Notes: generated from the letters alone by a model not told the origin. DNA of 64,000 nt from Magallana gigas (GCF_963853765.1 NC_088859.1:51274001-51338000); one strand, 5' to 3'; positions 47,601 through 61,373 are shown, counted from the stretch's first letter. Numbers and translations: made by a program.

Positions 47601-50143
47601 GTGAATCTACCTGAGGATGCTTCCACACAAATTTTTAGCTTTCCTTGATGATTCATTTCTGAAAAGCAGACTTTTTAAGATTGCTCGATATTTCAAAATA
47701 TGAAACGTCGACCCTCACTGTGGATGCACGCTACCTTCATAGGTCATGATTTTCGCAACTGTGAATCTACACTACTTGAAAATGCTTTAACTCAAGTTTT
47801 AGCTGCTTTCCTAGCTTATTTTTTTCTAATAGGAAGATTTTTAAAGAATTTGTCAAAAATTGTCAATAATTCATAATTATCTACCTTTGTAAAAGAGTGT
47901 GGTTCTTTAATTTCACAGCTTTGAATCTTATTTGCCTAATGTTGCTTTGTGTCAATTTTGATTGAAATATACCCAGTTGGTCTTCAGCAGATGTTGAAAA
48001 TGTGGAAAGTTTACGGATAGACAGACTGACGGACAGACAAAATTGATCAGAAAAATCACTTAAGCTTTCAGCTCAGGTAAGCTAAACACGCTACCAATAA
48101 GTATGTTGTTACTATTTTTACAAAACAGTTTATATAACTTTTATTCATTTCGTATTTGTATCAATATTGGTACTAAGAGTGGTGATACTTTTATCTGTAC
48201 AACATCAATTGAAAAGAAATGCACCATATTTTAAAAGAAAAACAGTTCTAGTCATCGACAGAAATATCAGATGAAAATTGGTGTGAAAAGGAAAAAGTAC
48301 ATTTATATTACACCATTCGAAGAGAATGAAAGGTTTCCTATCTGCCAAGAACTTGAATGTGTTCTTGCTTTTGAAACAAAATTGAAAGAAAAATAAAGCA
48401 ATTGTGTTTTAACTGTTATTAAAATTAAGGAACGAGAAATTTGGAATAATGACACTGCCGAAAAAGTTCCGTTATGGCAAAACAAGAGACCTAGGGGCCA
48501 CATCGCTTATATGATCAACACTTTAAATTACAACTTGTACCTGTGCCTGGGCGTCTACATTGGCAGTTGACAGTCAAAGAAGAGTATTGCAGATAAACGA
48601 ATTTCCTTGTTGTGTCTGAACATTTCAGAGCCATGTATCTTGCATTTAGGTCATGCTCGTCAAGAAATACTAAATCTCCTTTAAAAAAAGAGCGTAACAA
48701 TGTATCATTTTTTGAACCTGTTTCAATTAATATGATCTAATGAAGACATTAGCAAACTGTGGAAAAATGTGACTGAAGGCCTGAACGCAGATTGATATAA
48801 AAGTGAAAGTATTTAACCTGCTTTATAAACACTGTATGTCCCGGGGCCGCCACAGTCGTTAAGGACCTCGGATGTACTGCAGGATGTATTGCATAAGCGT
48901 GGATCAATGGCTTCTGTGACGGAAAAGTGGTCACTTAGACAGACACAGCTGGTGTTCTTAAAAAGTTAAAATACAAGTAAATTTTTACACTTTATTGGTA
49001 AATGTTTTGGTAAATTTATACAGCTGATTTTACTAAACTGCCTTGATAATTTTCCCAATAAATTAAATGATTTTTTTGTAAATTTAAAAGTATGAACTTT
49101 GCAAAAATCAGCCTTTCGTTCAACAGCGTATGCGCATCGATTGTAAACATTTCAGTAAGGCTTTCAGCATAAATTTCGACAGATTTGGCGAAAAAAGATC
49201 AAAAGAGATGAATTGAGACAAAACAGAAGTGCGAACCATAATCTTGTTCAAGAAAATAATGTAAAATGTACTTGTATCATCAATACATTCTTTTATCATA
49301 AGAAAATTATTCACATCAAGGTCTGCTGAGCATTCCCTTTTCCCTTCCTCGTCAGGTTTTTTAATTCACATAATGTTTTAACAGTTTCTGACGTAACATA
49401 TTAGGTTAAACTCTAGCACAAACAGTTCATATAAAATACACTGCTTAACGCATTATATAGTAAAGGAATGTATTCATTATTTGCAGAAATGTCATGAAAT
49501 ACCTGAAGTCCAAAGAAAAGGTAATATGCCATGGAACATGTTTGCTGACACGTGACCACTGACGGAGAGGTCAAGGTCTTTTTCACTGTCTGTGACGGGT
49601 CTATGTGAGCCTCATTAAAGCACCCTTAATCATAAAGGGTTGAAAAACAGAAAAGTATAAATCTTTACACATTCCATTGAATAAGTAAATAAGCTTCAAA
49701 TCATGTAAATTAAACTCTTTAAACAGCTATAATTTTTCTGCATGAAGTATCAGAACATGCTTTATGTGCAAATTTGTTGTTCTGTACCATCTGACTGTAT
49801 TAATTAGATAAGAACAGTACCAATGACATGAATCCAAGGAGACAATCTCCTTTGCTTTCTTGTCCAGTACCCCTTAACTAGGTCTGTCTGTGTGGTGTGT
49901 ATGGGAGAAGACACGAGTGTTGCCTTCTTCTCCATGCAGTACTGTACAGCATCGGCCCAGTTCATGGTTGTATTAGATACAAACTTCTGTAGATGTAAGT
50001 CGTTACCTTAAAAAAATTAACAAACTGAGAATTCTGATAATTATTCAGTTAAGAATAACCGATGTTATCAAATAATTACTTTGAATATGATGAATATGCA
50101 TCCACAAAAACAGAAACAAAAACATTCTGAAGCACAGGTCCAT
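44609..50143 (-). CDS. Receptor copy B: C-type-lectin-like/WSC type I membrane protein, 438 aa, short tail
   Basis: 10 in-phase GT-AG exons, 1317 nt: 50143-50080, 50006-49821, 49624-49503, 48956-48818, 48678-48541, 46816-46628, 46513-46416, 46249-46126, 45621-45540 (TM), 44783-44609. No internal stops found. Confidence 0.85.
47050..48086 (-). mobile_element. Non-autonomous Helentron (HINE) in intron 5 of copy B
   Basis: Ends aacaagaggtccatgggcgacatcgctcacc and (gaca)n...ttcagctcaggtaagctaaa; absent at the aligned site of copy A (gatgaaacaacacctccaataag). Confidence 0.82.
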
Positions 50144-51694
50144 TTTAACGAACACACTACCTTTAAAACTTCCGCCTGTTATCAGGAGATAGGGATTTTG
50201 CGTTTCACCAAAATCGTAAATAACGCAAAATTAAACAATATCGACATGAATACATAAAGCTTTAAAGGAGTACACATATTCTATAACCAATGCAAACTTA
50301 GTTTTATGTATAAGGGGAAAATTAAAACGACATGATAAGCATTATTTATTGTTCATAGCAAATTAATGTCATCAAGTTTCAAAGGTTTTTCGACGAAAAA
50401 GAAATTGTAACTTTGTAAAAACAATGGATTTAAATTTAGAAAACCGATATCTGGTGGATAATGAAATAGTTTTACTTTTTATCCCTTTGAAATGTTTTAT
50501 ATGAAACTATTTTCAATTTGGCAATTGAATAAGTTGCGTTGAAAATCAAAGTTTGAAGACGTTAACTATATAGTTACAATTGTAATAACGTTTGATCATA
50601 GTTAGTAGACTGTGAAATTATGCAGTTGCATCATTTTATCAATGCTTATGGTCAAGAAGTAACCAGTTTATGATTTATATCGAGTGTGGTACTAGATGGT
50701 ATCCCGGGAATTAAAACCTTACACATTAATGACACAATGCTACAATGTTGAACCATATCCTAGTTTATATTTTTTTTTGATTTTCGTATTACTGTGACTG
50801 TCCAATCTTTTTTCTTAATTGCTTTCTTAACCTTTTCATTGAATATATACCCAGATGAACCTACATAAATTAAGAGAACCCAACAATAATTTTTAACAAA
50901 ATATTTATATACCAAATTTAAGAACACAAATAAAATAAAAAATTGACAAAAATAAACTTTACATAATAAAACAAAATACATTTATATAATAATGTCCGTT
51001 TTCTAATCCATATCCGACGCACGTGGTTTTAAAGAACCTTCAGGTGAGCACGTGGTTTTATAGTACAGTCAGGTACACGTATGTTCGGCAACAGCCAGAA
51101 CAAAGTTGTTTCAGTAGAATGACCACATGCTGCACGAGTCTACCGAGGTTATCTTAAAAAGAAGGGTTTTTTTGGTGATGCAAATGACCAACCGCCTGGT
51201 TCACGCTGATTTTAAATTTCTTTCAATAGACTCAATTTACAGAATATGGGTTTCAAGGAACACACATTTTATAATTATAAATATGAAACTTTAACAATAT
51301 TTAGTTATATGATACATCTACATTAATGATAACGAACTTGTGAAACTGCAAGGAGCGCCGTCTGGTATAAAATCACAACTGGATTTTAGAGATGTGCCAA
51401 AAGGGCCGCCATAGTTCATCCACTCAATGCAGAACAACGGCTTCATTAAAATATTCCCAGAAAAAGGAAACAGCTACTCAAAGGGTAATGAAGCCGATAA
51501 TAATTCAGCACCCGAGAACGCTCCTTCCCCGACAGCTATTGACGTTTTGTAGCGACGGAAAATTTACTATTTTTATAGGTTTAAGTATAACAGGAGGCCC
51601 AAGGACCTGAAATATCACTTGAATATGGTACAACCTTGCTCATAAAAATATTCAATATAATATATTGATAGAGGAAAATACGTGGGTAGGTTAA

Positions 51695-52990
51695 GGCAAC
51701 TCCGAGTTTAATGACTTTCGATTTTATGATCAGTTTAAAATTTGTTTATTTTTTTTATGAAAACAGTGCTGAATATTAATATCAGATGACTGTGTTCGCA
51801 ATGGTATTATTTTTTCTACTTCGGAAGCGAGACGATCTTTGAAGCTGCCGTGCCATGGTATCACGTGACAGTTGAAAATAGATCACTTTTTAACCTTAAC
51901 AAAAAATCAAAAAGTGTAACACTACCCCAAAGTTCATTAATATGTATGATACAAAATTTCGATCGGCAATTTGTTCATATTTATAAGTATTACTGCTAGA
52001 ATACTTATTGTTTATCGCATAATATAAAAATTATCGTCATTATTAATCGGAAACCCACTCGACTTCTTCAATTTCATTGAAATTACTACGTATTTTTTAA
52101 TTACAACAACGAAGCACAGGATTCTAGCAGCAATTTTCACGTAGTATAGTTCATTTGCTAAATTCAACTTCCACAATATTCGGGGTAGTGTTACACTTTT
52201 GCCTTTTTTGTACACACTGACAGAGAAAGGGCCGGTGAAGCCACCCAAATGTCTATCTGCTTATCTTATTACACTAGCTAATAAAACAAAATATCCATGC
52301 GCGAATTTTCCTGATTATATCCAAACTAACAGTCATCTAAATCTTGTGTATTAGTATAAAATAAGTCTGATTTCGGCATTGTTTACATGCATTCCAATGA
52401 TTTGTCTCCCGACATTAATCTTCTCTTTTAAAGTAGATCCAGTGTTCTGTGATGTCATACTTTTTTGTAAAACTTTGAATTCTTTAAAATTTGCGCAAGA
52501 TAGTTTTATTTATTTTATGTGAATATAATCACATGGATGTTATTAGAATTATTGGTAGGTTCACGATATTTTCGCAACTTAATTTTATCCTAAATTTGCA
52601 TTTTTTTTTATACATCTTATCTATACAAAGTAACTCTTTTTCTGACTTTTCTCTCAGTTGTATGTCTAAATGCTATAGTTTTTGTTCTCTCAAAGATTAA
52701 TTTCAAAATATTTTTGTAGTTTTAGTTTTCTGATAAAGTTGACATTAAAATCAAACAAGAAAAACAAATTTCTGCCTAAAAGATTTTACTTTTAACCAAA
52801 ACAAAAACAAAAACAAAAAAAAACCCGTTTTCTGATGCTAAATATGCTTTACTTTGTGTTTATCTGGCATCTCAAAAACTATGATGACATGTATATTTTT
52901 TCTAACAATTTATGACTTATAAGTTTATTAAGTGAGATCAGTTCGGTTTTTTCAACTTTTATCAGAGAATTTTACGAATATGGAGTTACC
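51695..52990. mobile_element. Non-autonomous Kolobok-like element (1296 bp) in the B-C spacer
   Basis: TTAA|ggcaactcc ... ggagttacc|TTAA (TSD 51691-51694, 52991-52994); absent from the homologous A-B spacer near 43135-43190. Confidence 0.82.
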
Positions 52991-54063
52991 TTAAACATTG
53001 TTTTTCTCTTTTTATGTGTGCTACCAACCAAACCTTAGTAGATTTAGGAAAGAAGCTGTAAACATTAAACACAATACAACAATTCGATCGTACTTCTACC
53101 GTCTCTTTTCTTGAGATTAAGCGGAATCATCAGAGGTTCTATTTTTTGTTTTGCTGATATATATGTAGATATACATTATGCGAAACAAAACCAGTTTATA
53201 ATTTAAAGCAGTCATTTACTGTTTAGAGATCTTAAGATTTAAGTGAGGTATTTGTTTCACCCGCTTCAATCGTTCAATCGATCTAATTGTCCTGTATTGA
53301 TCTAGCGCTATGTGAAATTCATCAATAAGAATTGATAAAAATGGGTGACTTTTTCATTTTTCTGCTAATCTCACTTTGTGAGGGGAATGTAAACGAAAAT
53401 ACACAAAAGACAATTCCAGAGAGCAATTATCATAATGGTGTAGCTTTCTACAAATATTTTTGATAGGGTACTCAGTGTACATGTAAGGTATCCGTATTCT
53501 ATTTGTATTTATCCCTGCAAAACTTCTAGTCAGACGTTCAATATAATATCTTTTAAAAGTTAACGTATTATTTTAAACAGCTTTCATTATTTTAATTATT
53601 TGATAAATATACATTTGGTCAAAAGTAATGTTTTAGTATGCATTTGAAACATAAAAGACATTTTTACAGCATTTTCTGCAAACTTGCGTATTAAAAAGAG
53701 TTTAACTATTGCTGTGTGATTACAAAATTATATGGCTGCAATACTTTCTTTCATGAAAATTTATACTGCATACTCTGACATTCAAGAGTAATTTTTGAAA
53801 AGTAACTAACATCCTGCACAACGTAGCTCATGCCATATTTTAGTGGAACGATTTTACCCTTCCCCTGTAAGAAAACGTTTGTAGCAAAGTCATCAATCTC
53901 AGGGGTGCCCTCTGGAGCTGACTCCATATATCGTAGATTCTAGCGTTAAGTCAAAAAATTTCAGACAAAATGAATGGATTAATGAGTTCTGTCTGTTAGG
54001 GGAGAAAGATGTCCATCTCCATGGTCATCCTACCGACTTGCAGGATTACCCGACTTTCTGGAT

Positions 54064-57000
54064 TTACTCTCCTAAAGAGTCATAATGTTGTTCATCACGT
54101 GAGTAATTTTCAAACTTTTTTGTTACCGTATTAAGCATTATGCAATCGTATCCATTGTTTAGCTTCTCTCGAGTAACAGATTGAACTGCCTGAGAACAAG
54201 AAGTAGATGAACCGTTTGTGTTTTCCCGCTTTCGTCTTCTGTAAAATAATAACAAAGAACTAAAGTCACATTTTTTCACAAAATATAATTGGCATATGTT
54301 GAAAACATCATTGGTATGATATACAAACGGTTTAGAACAAATCCCCTCACTGTCATATAAGTTCACGTAAAATGACCTTGATTTCCTATTAAATTTTTCA
54401 AACAAAAAATATACTCGCTCGGTTCAGCGAAGAACCAATTTGCCTCAACTTGACTTCTAGTAAAAAGTCTTCTTCACCCCTTTACCAGGAACAACTCAAA
54501 CAAACACTTATGATTTATATCAAATCGCCACTTTCCTACAAACAATTGCTTAGGTAGAAGAAACTATTGTCAAAAGAAAGAGACCATATAATGTTAAGCT
54601 ATGTAGTTCCTAAATTGTCTCGAAACACACATATAGCATTTTCGCTTGAAAGAAAAATTTGAGAAAATTGTTATGACTGTTTAATTCGTTTTTATTGTAT
54701 GTCACGGTTTACCAGAGATTCACTGGCTACAGCAATTAATTTACGGAATTAAGATGTGGATTAATCTAAAAATAGTATACAAGAGACCTTTGAAGAGTGG
54801 TTCGCGGCGAGAAGTATTCACGAAGACGAGTGTCTCCAAAATAATTCGTCGGTTTACACTATAAATTTTTGAAGACATATAATTTATTTGATTTAAACGA
54901 AATTTCTACAGTGGATTTTATGAATAAAAGTCAAACATAAGAATTTGATATTCAAGTTTAAAAAATAATGTTTATCAAAATATAACCTTAGTCTATGCTA
55001 CATTTATGGTATTACAAATGTAGCATGACATCCATATCAACAACTATTTAAATTAAAGCTACAGCTAAATTAAACGTAATAAATTTTATCTGTGTTTGTA
55101 TATACATAAAAAAGGACATCGGTTACAATTTTCAACCATACTCATCTTACCTTGCAAAAAATACCAGAAGAACAATTGTAGTTGTTAAAGCGATAATAGT
55201 ACCACCAAGAGTCAGCAAGATTTCTTCGAGTTCTACAGAAATAAAGATATTGCCACACTATTTAGTTCTCCAGAAAGGCAACACTATTTTGTGTATCACA
55301 ACACTACTTTGATACTGTGTCGACAAAAATAATACAAGTTAGCAGCAATACTTTGATATTGTGGCGACAGAAACGAATAATACAATTTAGCAGAGATTTT
55401 TGTGTACAAAAAATGAATTTGTAAAAAAAGATATGAAAGTTAACTACAAATATATTTAAATAAATGAGAAGTTGCAGATTACATGTATTACAGTTTTATA
55501 CCTAATGAATTTGTAAAAACCTACAAAAGCATAATGATAATGATTAAGAATTCGTTACAATGAAAAGTATTTCAAAGGTATCCATGTAAGACTGCATAAG
55601 AATCAAAGACACCCAAAAAAAAAACACTCTCAGAAAAGGACTTTTTAATCAGAACCCCCAGATTTCTTAAATGCTGGTTGAGGTGAATAGACTTTTCAAC
55701 TATCTCTCGAAATTTACGATTCTTAGTAAACCAAAACCACATTCAAATCGTGTAAAAATGAGAGGTTTTTTCCGAGACGTATATAAATTATAAAAGCAGC
55801 TAGGTAAAGAAAATTAAGACTATTAATATTTTCTAAGACTGTTTTTCCCTATCAAAACAGCATTTCGATAACTGATTGATAAATAGTAGATAAAAAGTGT
55901 CCTAGCTGTAAGATACACTATATAGTTTTTAATAAAGCTCCCTTTGTCTGTTGATAATATAACAAGATATGATTATCAAACCATATTACTATTTTACATT
56001 ACAAGCAATGCAGAAAACGGTTTTATTAGATAGAAAATATTTAGTAGAATTGACGAAATAGTTACTTTGGTTATCATTATGAAATTGATTGGAGGAAACC
56101 GAGGATGCTACGTTTGACGTGTGACTAGTTGGCGCCAATGAGCTGCTTGATTTTGGTTTTGTTGTTTTTAACAAGCTCTGAAATAAAAATTAACGTAAAA
56201 AAGTGCAGTTTTCATTTTTTGCACATAATAACTAGTTCTTTGCAAATAAGAATTTATTCTCAATAATTTGTTAAAGAAGAATTTGGATGAAAATACATTT
56301 AGTGTGTTGAATTAACCTGTTTACAAACTGCATGGTAACGATCAGAACAGGAAGTTAATGAGCAGTTGCTCTGACGACAGGTATCACATTCAGAACAGGA
56401 AGTTAATGAGCAGTTGCTCTGACGACAGGTTTCACATTGTCGTTGTAGAGAGTATGATAAATCTGAAACAGAGGTAAAAATATGCATCAAATTTGTTTAA
56501 ATTTATGTATACATCAAAAATATATCTAAGTGACAAAACCATACATGTTAACATTTGATTTTATATATACGCACCTGAAGAAAATGAAATAAAATTTTGT
56601 CTGGCTATTCCAACCCAAGTATAAACATTTCCTGCCTGAATTCCTTGGCAGGCACTAACTGGATCCAACATATCGTAATCCCCATGTAAATATTGTCCCT
56701 CTATTTTACAATTCTTGTAACAGTCTTTCCAATTCCAGTTTGAGTAAACAGTGTCAATAAGTTCTATAATTTATATCAAGTAATTCTTTAGCATTGCAAT
56801 TTACTAATTTTTATATACATTTACATTTAACATGGGACCGTAATTTCATTTAGTTTGTCAAGTAAATCCCATTTTTCATTTAAATAGTGAAAATGATTTC
56901 AACGCTCATCCGAAATCATATATAAATATTCAGTTTGTAAATGAAGAGCTTAAATCATTGACGCAGTTTGCAGTTGCCTCAGTGAAAAAGAATTCATTAA

Positions 57001-60000
57001 CGTTTATCTCTGACAATTTAATTAATATATAAATAAAGACTTACGATGACACAATGCTACCAATAAGTATGTTGTTACCATTTCAACAAAACAGCCTGAA
57101 TGACTTTTTAGATATTTCTTATTCGTTTCAATATTGGTACTTGATTTGATAATACTTTTATTGGTACAAGATCAAATGTTAAAAAATGCGCTATAAATAT
57201 TTTTTAGGTAAACAGAGTTCTTGTCATTGACAGAAAAACTGGATGGAAAATTAATCTAAAAGAGGGAAATATTCGTTTATTATACCCCATCCGAGGAAAC
57301 AATACAAGATACAAGTTTCCTTTTGCCAAAATAATGAATGCATTTTTGACTTTTAAACAAAATTTGAAAACAATATAGTCAATGTGATTTTTACTGTTGT
57401 TATTAAGAAGGAACAAAACATTTGGAATAACTGTGCCATCGCCAGAAAATCCTATCACGGCAAAACAAGAGGCCCAGAGGCCACATCGCTCATATGATCA
57501 ACTCATTGAATTACAACTTGTACCTGTGCCTGGGCGTCTACATTGGCAGTTGACAGTCAATGTGGAGGATTGTAGATATACAAATGTCCATGTTGTTTTT
57601 GAACATTTCAGAGCCATGCATGTTGCATTTAGGTCATATTCGTCAAAAGATATCAAATCCCCTTTGAATAAATGAGCGCAACAAATGAATGCATAATTTT
57701 ATAGTGATCTGTTTTAATATATATGATCTAACGAAGACATCGATAAACTGTCAAAAAATTTAACTGAAGGTCTGGGGCTCGTAACATAAAGCATGCTAAG
57801 ATTTTGACTCAAGAAGGGTCATAAGTAGGACTTAGGCGCAATTTTAGGACCTACATAAGTCCTTATACCGTAACATAAAGCAACTTTAGCAATGTCTTAG
57901 CTAAGTCATGTTTATGTTAAAAAGTAAAAACATATTTTTCATTTCTTTTGTCGAATTTGAATGTATTGGTAATAAAATCATATTTTCATAGATGCACGTG
58001 CATGACATCTTTGGTATTAGATGGGGCAGATGTAAATGTACAGACACAACATTCAAGGTGGCATGAGTATATATACACATGTACTTAAAAATGTTTAAAA
58101 GCTCAGAGCGATGGATCTCGGTCAATATATTCAGTCTATTGTTGTTGCTTCTTTGTTTTGACGAATATTCACTATTGTGGTCGTTCTCGAAGACTGCCTG
58201 TGGCGTAATATCTCGATGCTGTTATAACTTGATATAATTAGGAAGCGGAAGACCCTCTTGTTTTTTTTTCGGTTTCTTTTTATTTTAATTTTATTTTTTT
58301 TATTTTTTTCTGACTCCTTCTCGGCTTTATATTTCAAAAAGTTTTCATCTGATTTCCCTGGAATTTTCCGAGCTTTTGTAAAGTTACCTTGCCACAACGA
58401 TGTTAAAGTTTCAGCATTTACGTCACTTCCGTTCAAATTTGACAGCCATTTTTAATTTTTAAAAAATTTCCATAAACTTTAAAGATATCGCTTTGAAATT
58501 TTTACAGATGATAGATGTATCAATTCTATGGTGTACTGGGGGGTTTAAAATTTTATTCATCAATTTAGCTTAAAACCGGAGGAAGTTCCAATTTTTGGAA
58601 ATTTTCATTTTTTTAACAAAAAAGACAATATTACAGTTTTATAGAATTTGCCATGGTAAATTCAAATCTGAAATCTGTTTTAAAATCGGACGATGCATTG
58701 CATAGATAGTGGGAATTAAAAATCGATTTTTCCGGAAATTTGACTCCGCGTTCTAGGTTTAAAAAATAGCGTCAAGTTCAATCTCGTATCAAAAATAGTT
58801 CGATTTTTGTTAAGTCTTACTTGACACGTTCGGATTTTTTTGTTAAGTCGTTCTTGAAATTGTAAAGGTTTTTGTTAATTCGTACTCAGAATCATTCGGA
58901 TTTTGCTAAGTCGTACCAAGAATAATTCGATTTTTAATTTTTTTTTGTTTAAGTTACCCTTTTTAATGGTTTAAGAACTCTCCTTCTTACAGGAAAATCT
59001 AGCTTTACTCTCGACATTAACGTAAGACCCACTTTGCAACGAGCTCTGCTCTAGTTATATAGTGGATTTCTTTTCATCTTTTGTTCTACATTTTACCCCA
59101 CCAATAAGGCAATTCACATATTCTGGTTATAATTTCTTCATTAAGTCGATAATTGAAAAGAGGCAATCGTCATCTTTAAATTCACTGAGGGTTTTTCTGT
59201 CTTCAAACGTCCATAGCTTCTTCAATTTCTCAAGTTTCGCGAGTTTATATATTCAGTTTCTTTTTGTAAACTTAAGACATACTTAAGTCACCTCTACCAG
59301 CCGCCTAAGTTTTGGGTAATTTGTTCTAGCTAAGCACTCATCTAGTTACGGACTTAAGTCTAAGAATGTACATAAGTCGTACTTAAGCATTGTCTTAGAC
59401 TTCAGTACCTTTTATGTTACGAGCCCAGATAACAGATTTAAACAAGTGTATAAGTATTCAACCTGCTTCATAAACACTGTATGTCCCGGGGCCGCCACAG
59501 TCGTTAAGGATCTCGGATGTACTGCAGGATGTATTGCATAAACGTGGATCAATGGCTTCTGTGACGGAAAAGGGGTCACTAAGGCAGACACAGCTGGTGT
59601 TCTTAAGGAGTGAAAATTAAAGTAATTTTTTGAGGTAGCATTCAACATAGTTTTAACCGTAAGAACATTAAAAACGACATTAAAACAAACAGTGAATGTT
59701 TAGACACGTAAAGAAGATGATTGTTGTTTTAACAGTTTTCGAGGTAATGTATAAGGTAAAACACTTACACAGACTGTTTAAGACGCTAAATTAATATCCA
59801 TGCACATAAAATACTTTGTTTAACGCCTGCGAAAGAAAGGTATCTATTCTTAGGAGTGCTTGTATATAATATTAGTAAGAAATGACATATACCTTAAGTC
59901 CAAAGAAAGTATAATGTGCAGTTGAACACTCTTGTTGACACGTGACCACTGACAGAGAGGTCAAGGTGTTATTCACTGTCTGTGACGGGTCTATCTGAGT

Positions 60001-60485
60001 CTCTTTAAAGCATCCTTTATCATAACGGATGAGAATATAAGACAATTGTAAATTATTGGTTGTATCTTTTACAGGTTATCTCATGTCGAAACAAATTCAT
60101 TAAAACTCTAGTCAATGTACTTATTTGTGTATATTTCCTGTTTTGTACGTATTACTCAAATGAAATCCATACCTATGACATGAATCCAAGGAGATATTCT
60201 CCATTGCTTTCTTGTCCAGTGGTTCCATTCATGGTCTGTCTGTGTGGGAGATGACACGAGGATAGAGTTCCTCGTCCTACAGTACTGAACAGCCTCGGTC
60301 CAATTCATGGTTTTGTTCGATACAAATTCATTTAGATACAACTCGTTACCTTTGAAAATAAGATTTTAAAATACTGTGATTGAAGATAGTTAAGTAAAAA
60401 CCCCGGTATATAAATACTTACTTTGGATGTAATTAATAAATATACACAAGAACAGAAACATAAACATTCTGAAATACTGGTCCAT
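54064..60485 (-). CDS. Receptor copy C: C-type-lectin-like/WSC type I membrane protein, 447 aa, short tail
   Basis: 10 in-phase GT-AG exons, 1344 nt: 60485-60422, 60349-60173, 60014-59893, 59601-59463, 57661-57524, 56763-56575, 56462-56317 (with a 48-bp in-frame duplication), 56177-56066, 55232-55151 (TM), 54238-54064. Confidence 0.85.
57772..59428. mobile_element. TIR element (about 1.65 kb, Harbinger-like) in intron 4 of copy C
   Basis: TIR ctggggctcgtaacataaa / tttatgttacgagcccag; subterminal cttaagtc-type repeats; absent from intron 4 of A and B. TSD not clearly resolved. Confidence 0.7.
58099..58758. mobile_element. Possible TTAA-flanked element nested inside the intron-4 insertion
   Basis: ttaa|aagctcagagcg ... 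cgcgttctaggt|ttaa, with only weak terminal complementarity. Confidence 0.3.
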
Positions 60486-61373
60486 ATTGACAAACACATT
60501 TACCTTTAAACTTCCGCCTGTTATCAGAAGAAAGGGATTTGTGTTTCACCAAAATCGTAAATCAGACCAATTTAAACAATATCGACATGAATACATCAAG
60601 TGCGAAAAGCAGTTTACATATTCCATGACCAATGCAAACTTTTTTCTGGGAAGATAAGACCACATGTACAGCTTATAATGTTGTTCATGGCAAATTTATG
60701 TCCTTATATTATAAGTCTTTCAACGTAATAAAATCGTACATTCTGTAAAGAAGATTGATTTTAGAAATCTGATGGTTGTTGGCAAATCAAAAAAGATTTC
60801 CTTTTAATCTCTTTTTAGATGTTTCATGTTACTATTATTACATAATCAGTTTCAGTAATTCTGTACAACCAATAAGTTGTTTTGAAAATCAAATTAGAAA
60901 AAGATAAATAGCATAGCTTCAACTGTATATATTAAAATCCTAGTATGATGGCTGTGAAGTTATATAATGTTGTCTCATATTGTCAATGTTTACGGTAAAG
61001 AAATGACCAGTCTATGATATACAATGAGTATTGAAGATAATTTCAAATTAACTTTTTACTGTCCGGTATGTTTGAAGTATTCATCGTCACGTAATATCGC
61101 AATATTTTATCTAATATCTGCCAGGTGCGAAAGAATGATCTACACGATTTTTGAAAGTGTTACTATTCATTCAGTTCTATTAGAAACAACAATTTTGTCA
61201 ACCCATAAAAAGATTCTTTAATGATTTAATTTGTAACAAACTTGCTTTACTGACTGTTCCCTCATGCTGTTTTCTCAATATGAATAAGAAGTATTACTTT
61301 CTTCCTTCAATGAATAACCTCAGTACTCAATAAATACAAATGAATAATCAATCACGTTTGTCATAAGGATTTT

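Noticed and set aside
51480-51560. BspA-like LRR resemblance (TSIAVGEGAFSG) on the minus strand
   Set aside because: A single short match flanked by stops, not repeated; likely chance.
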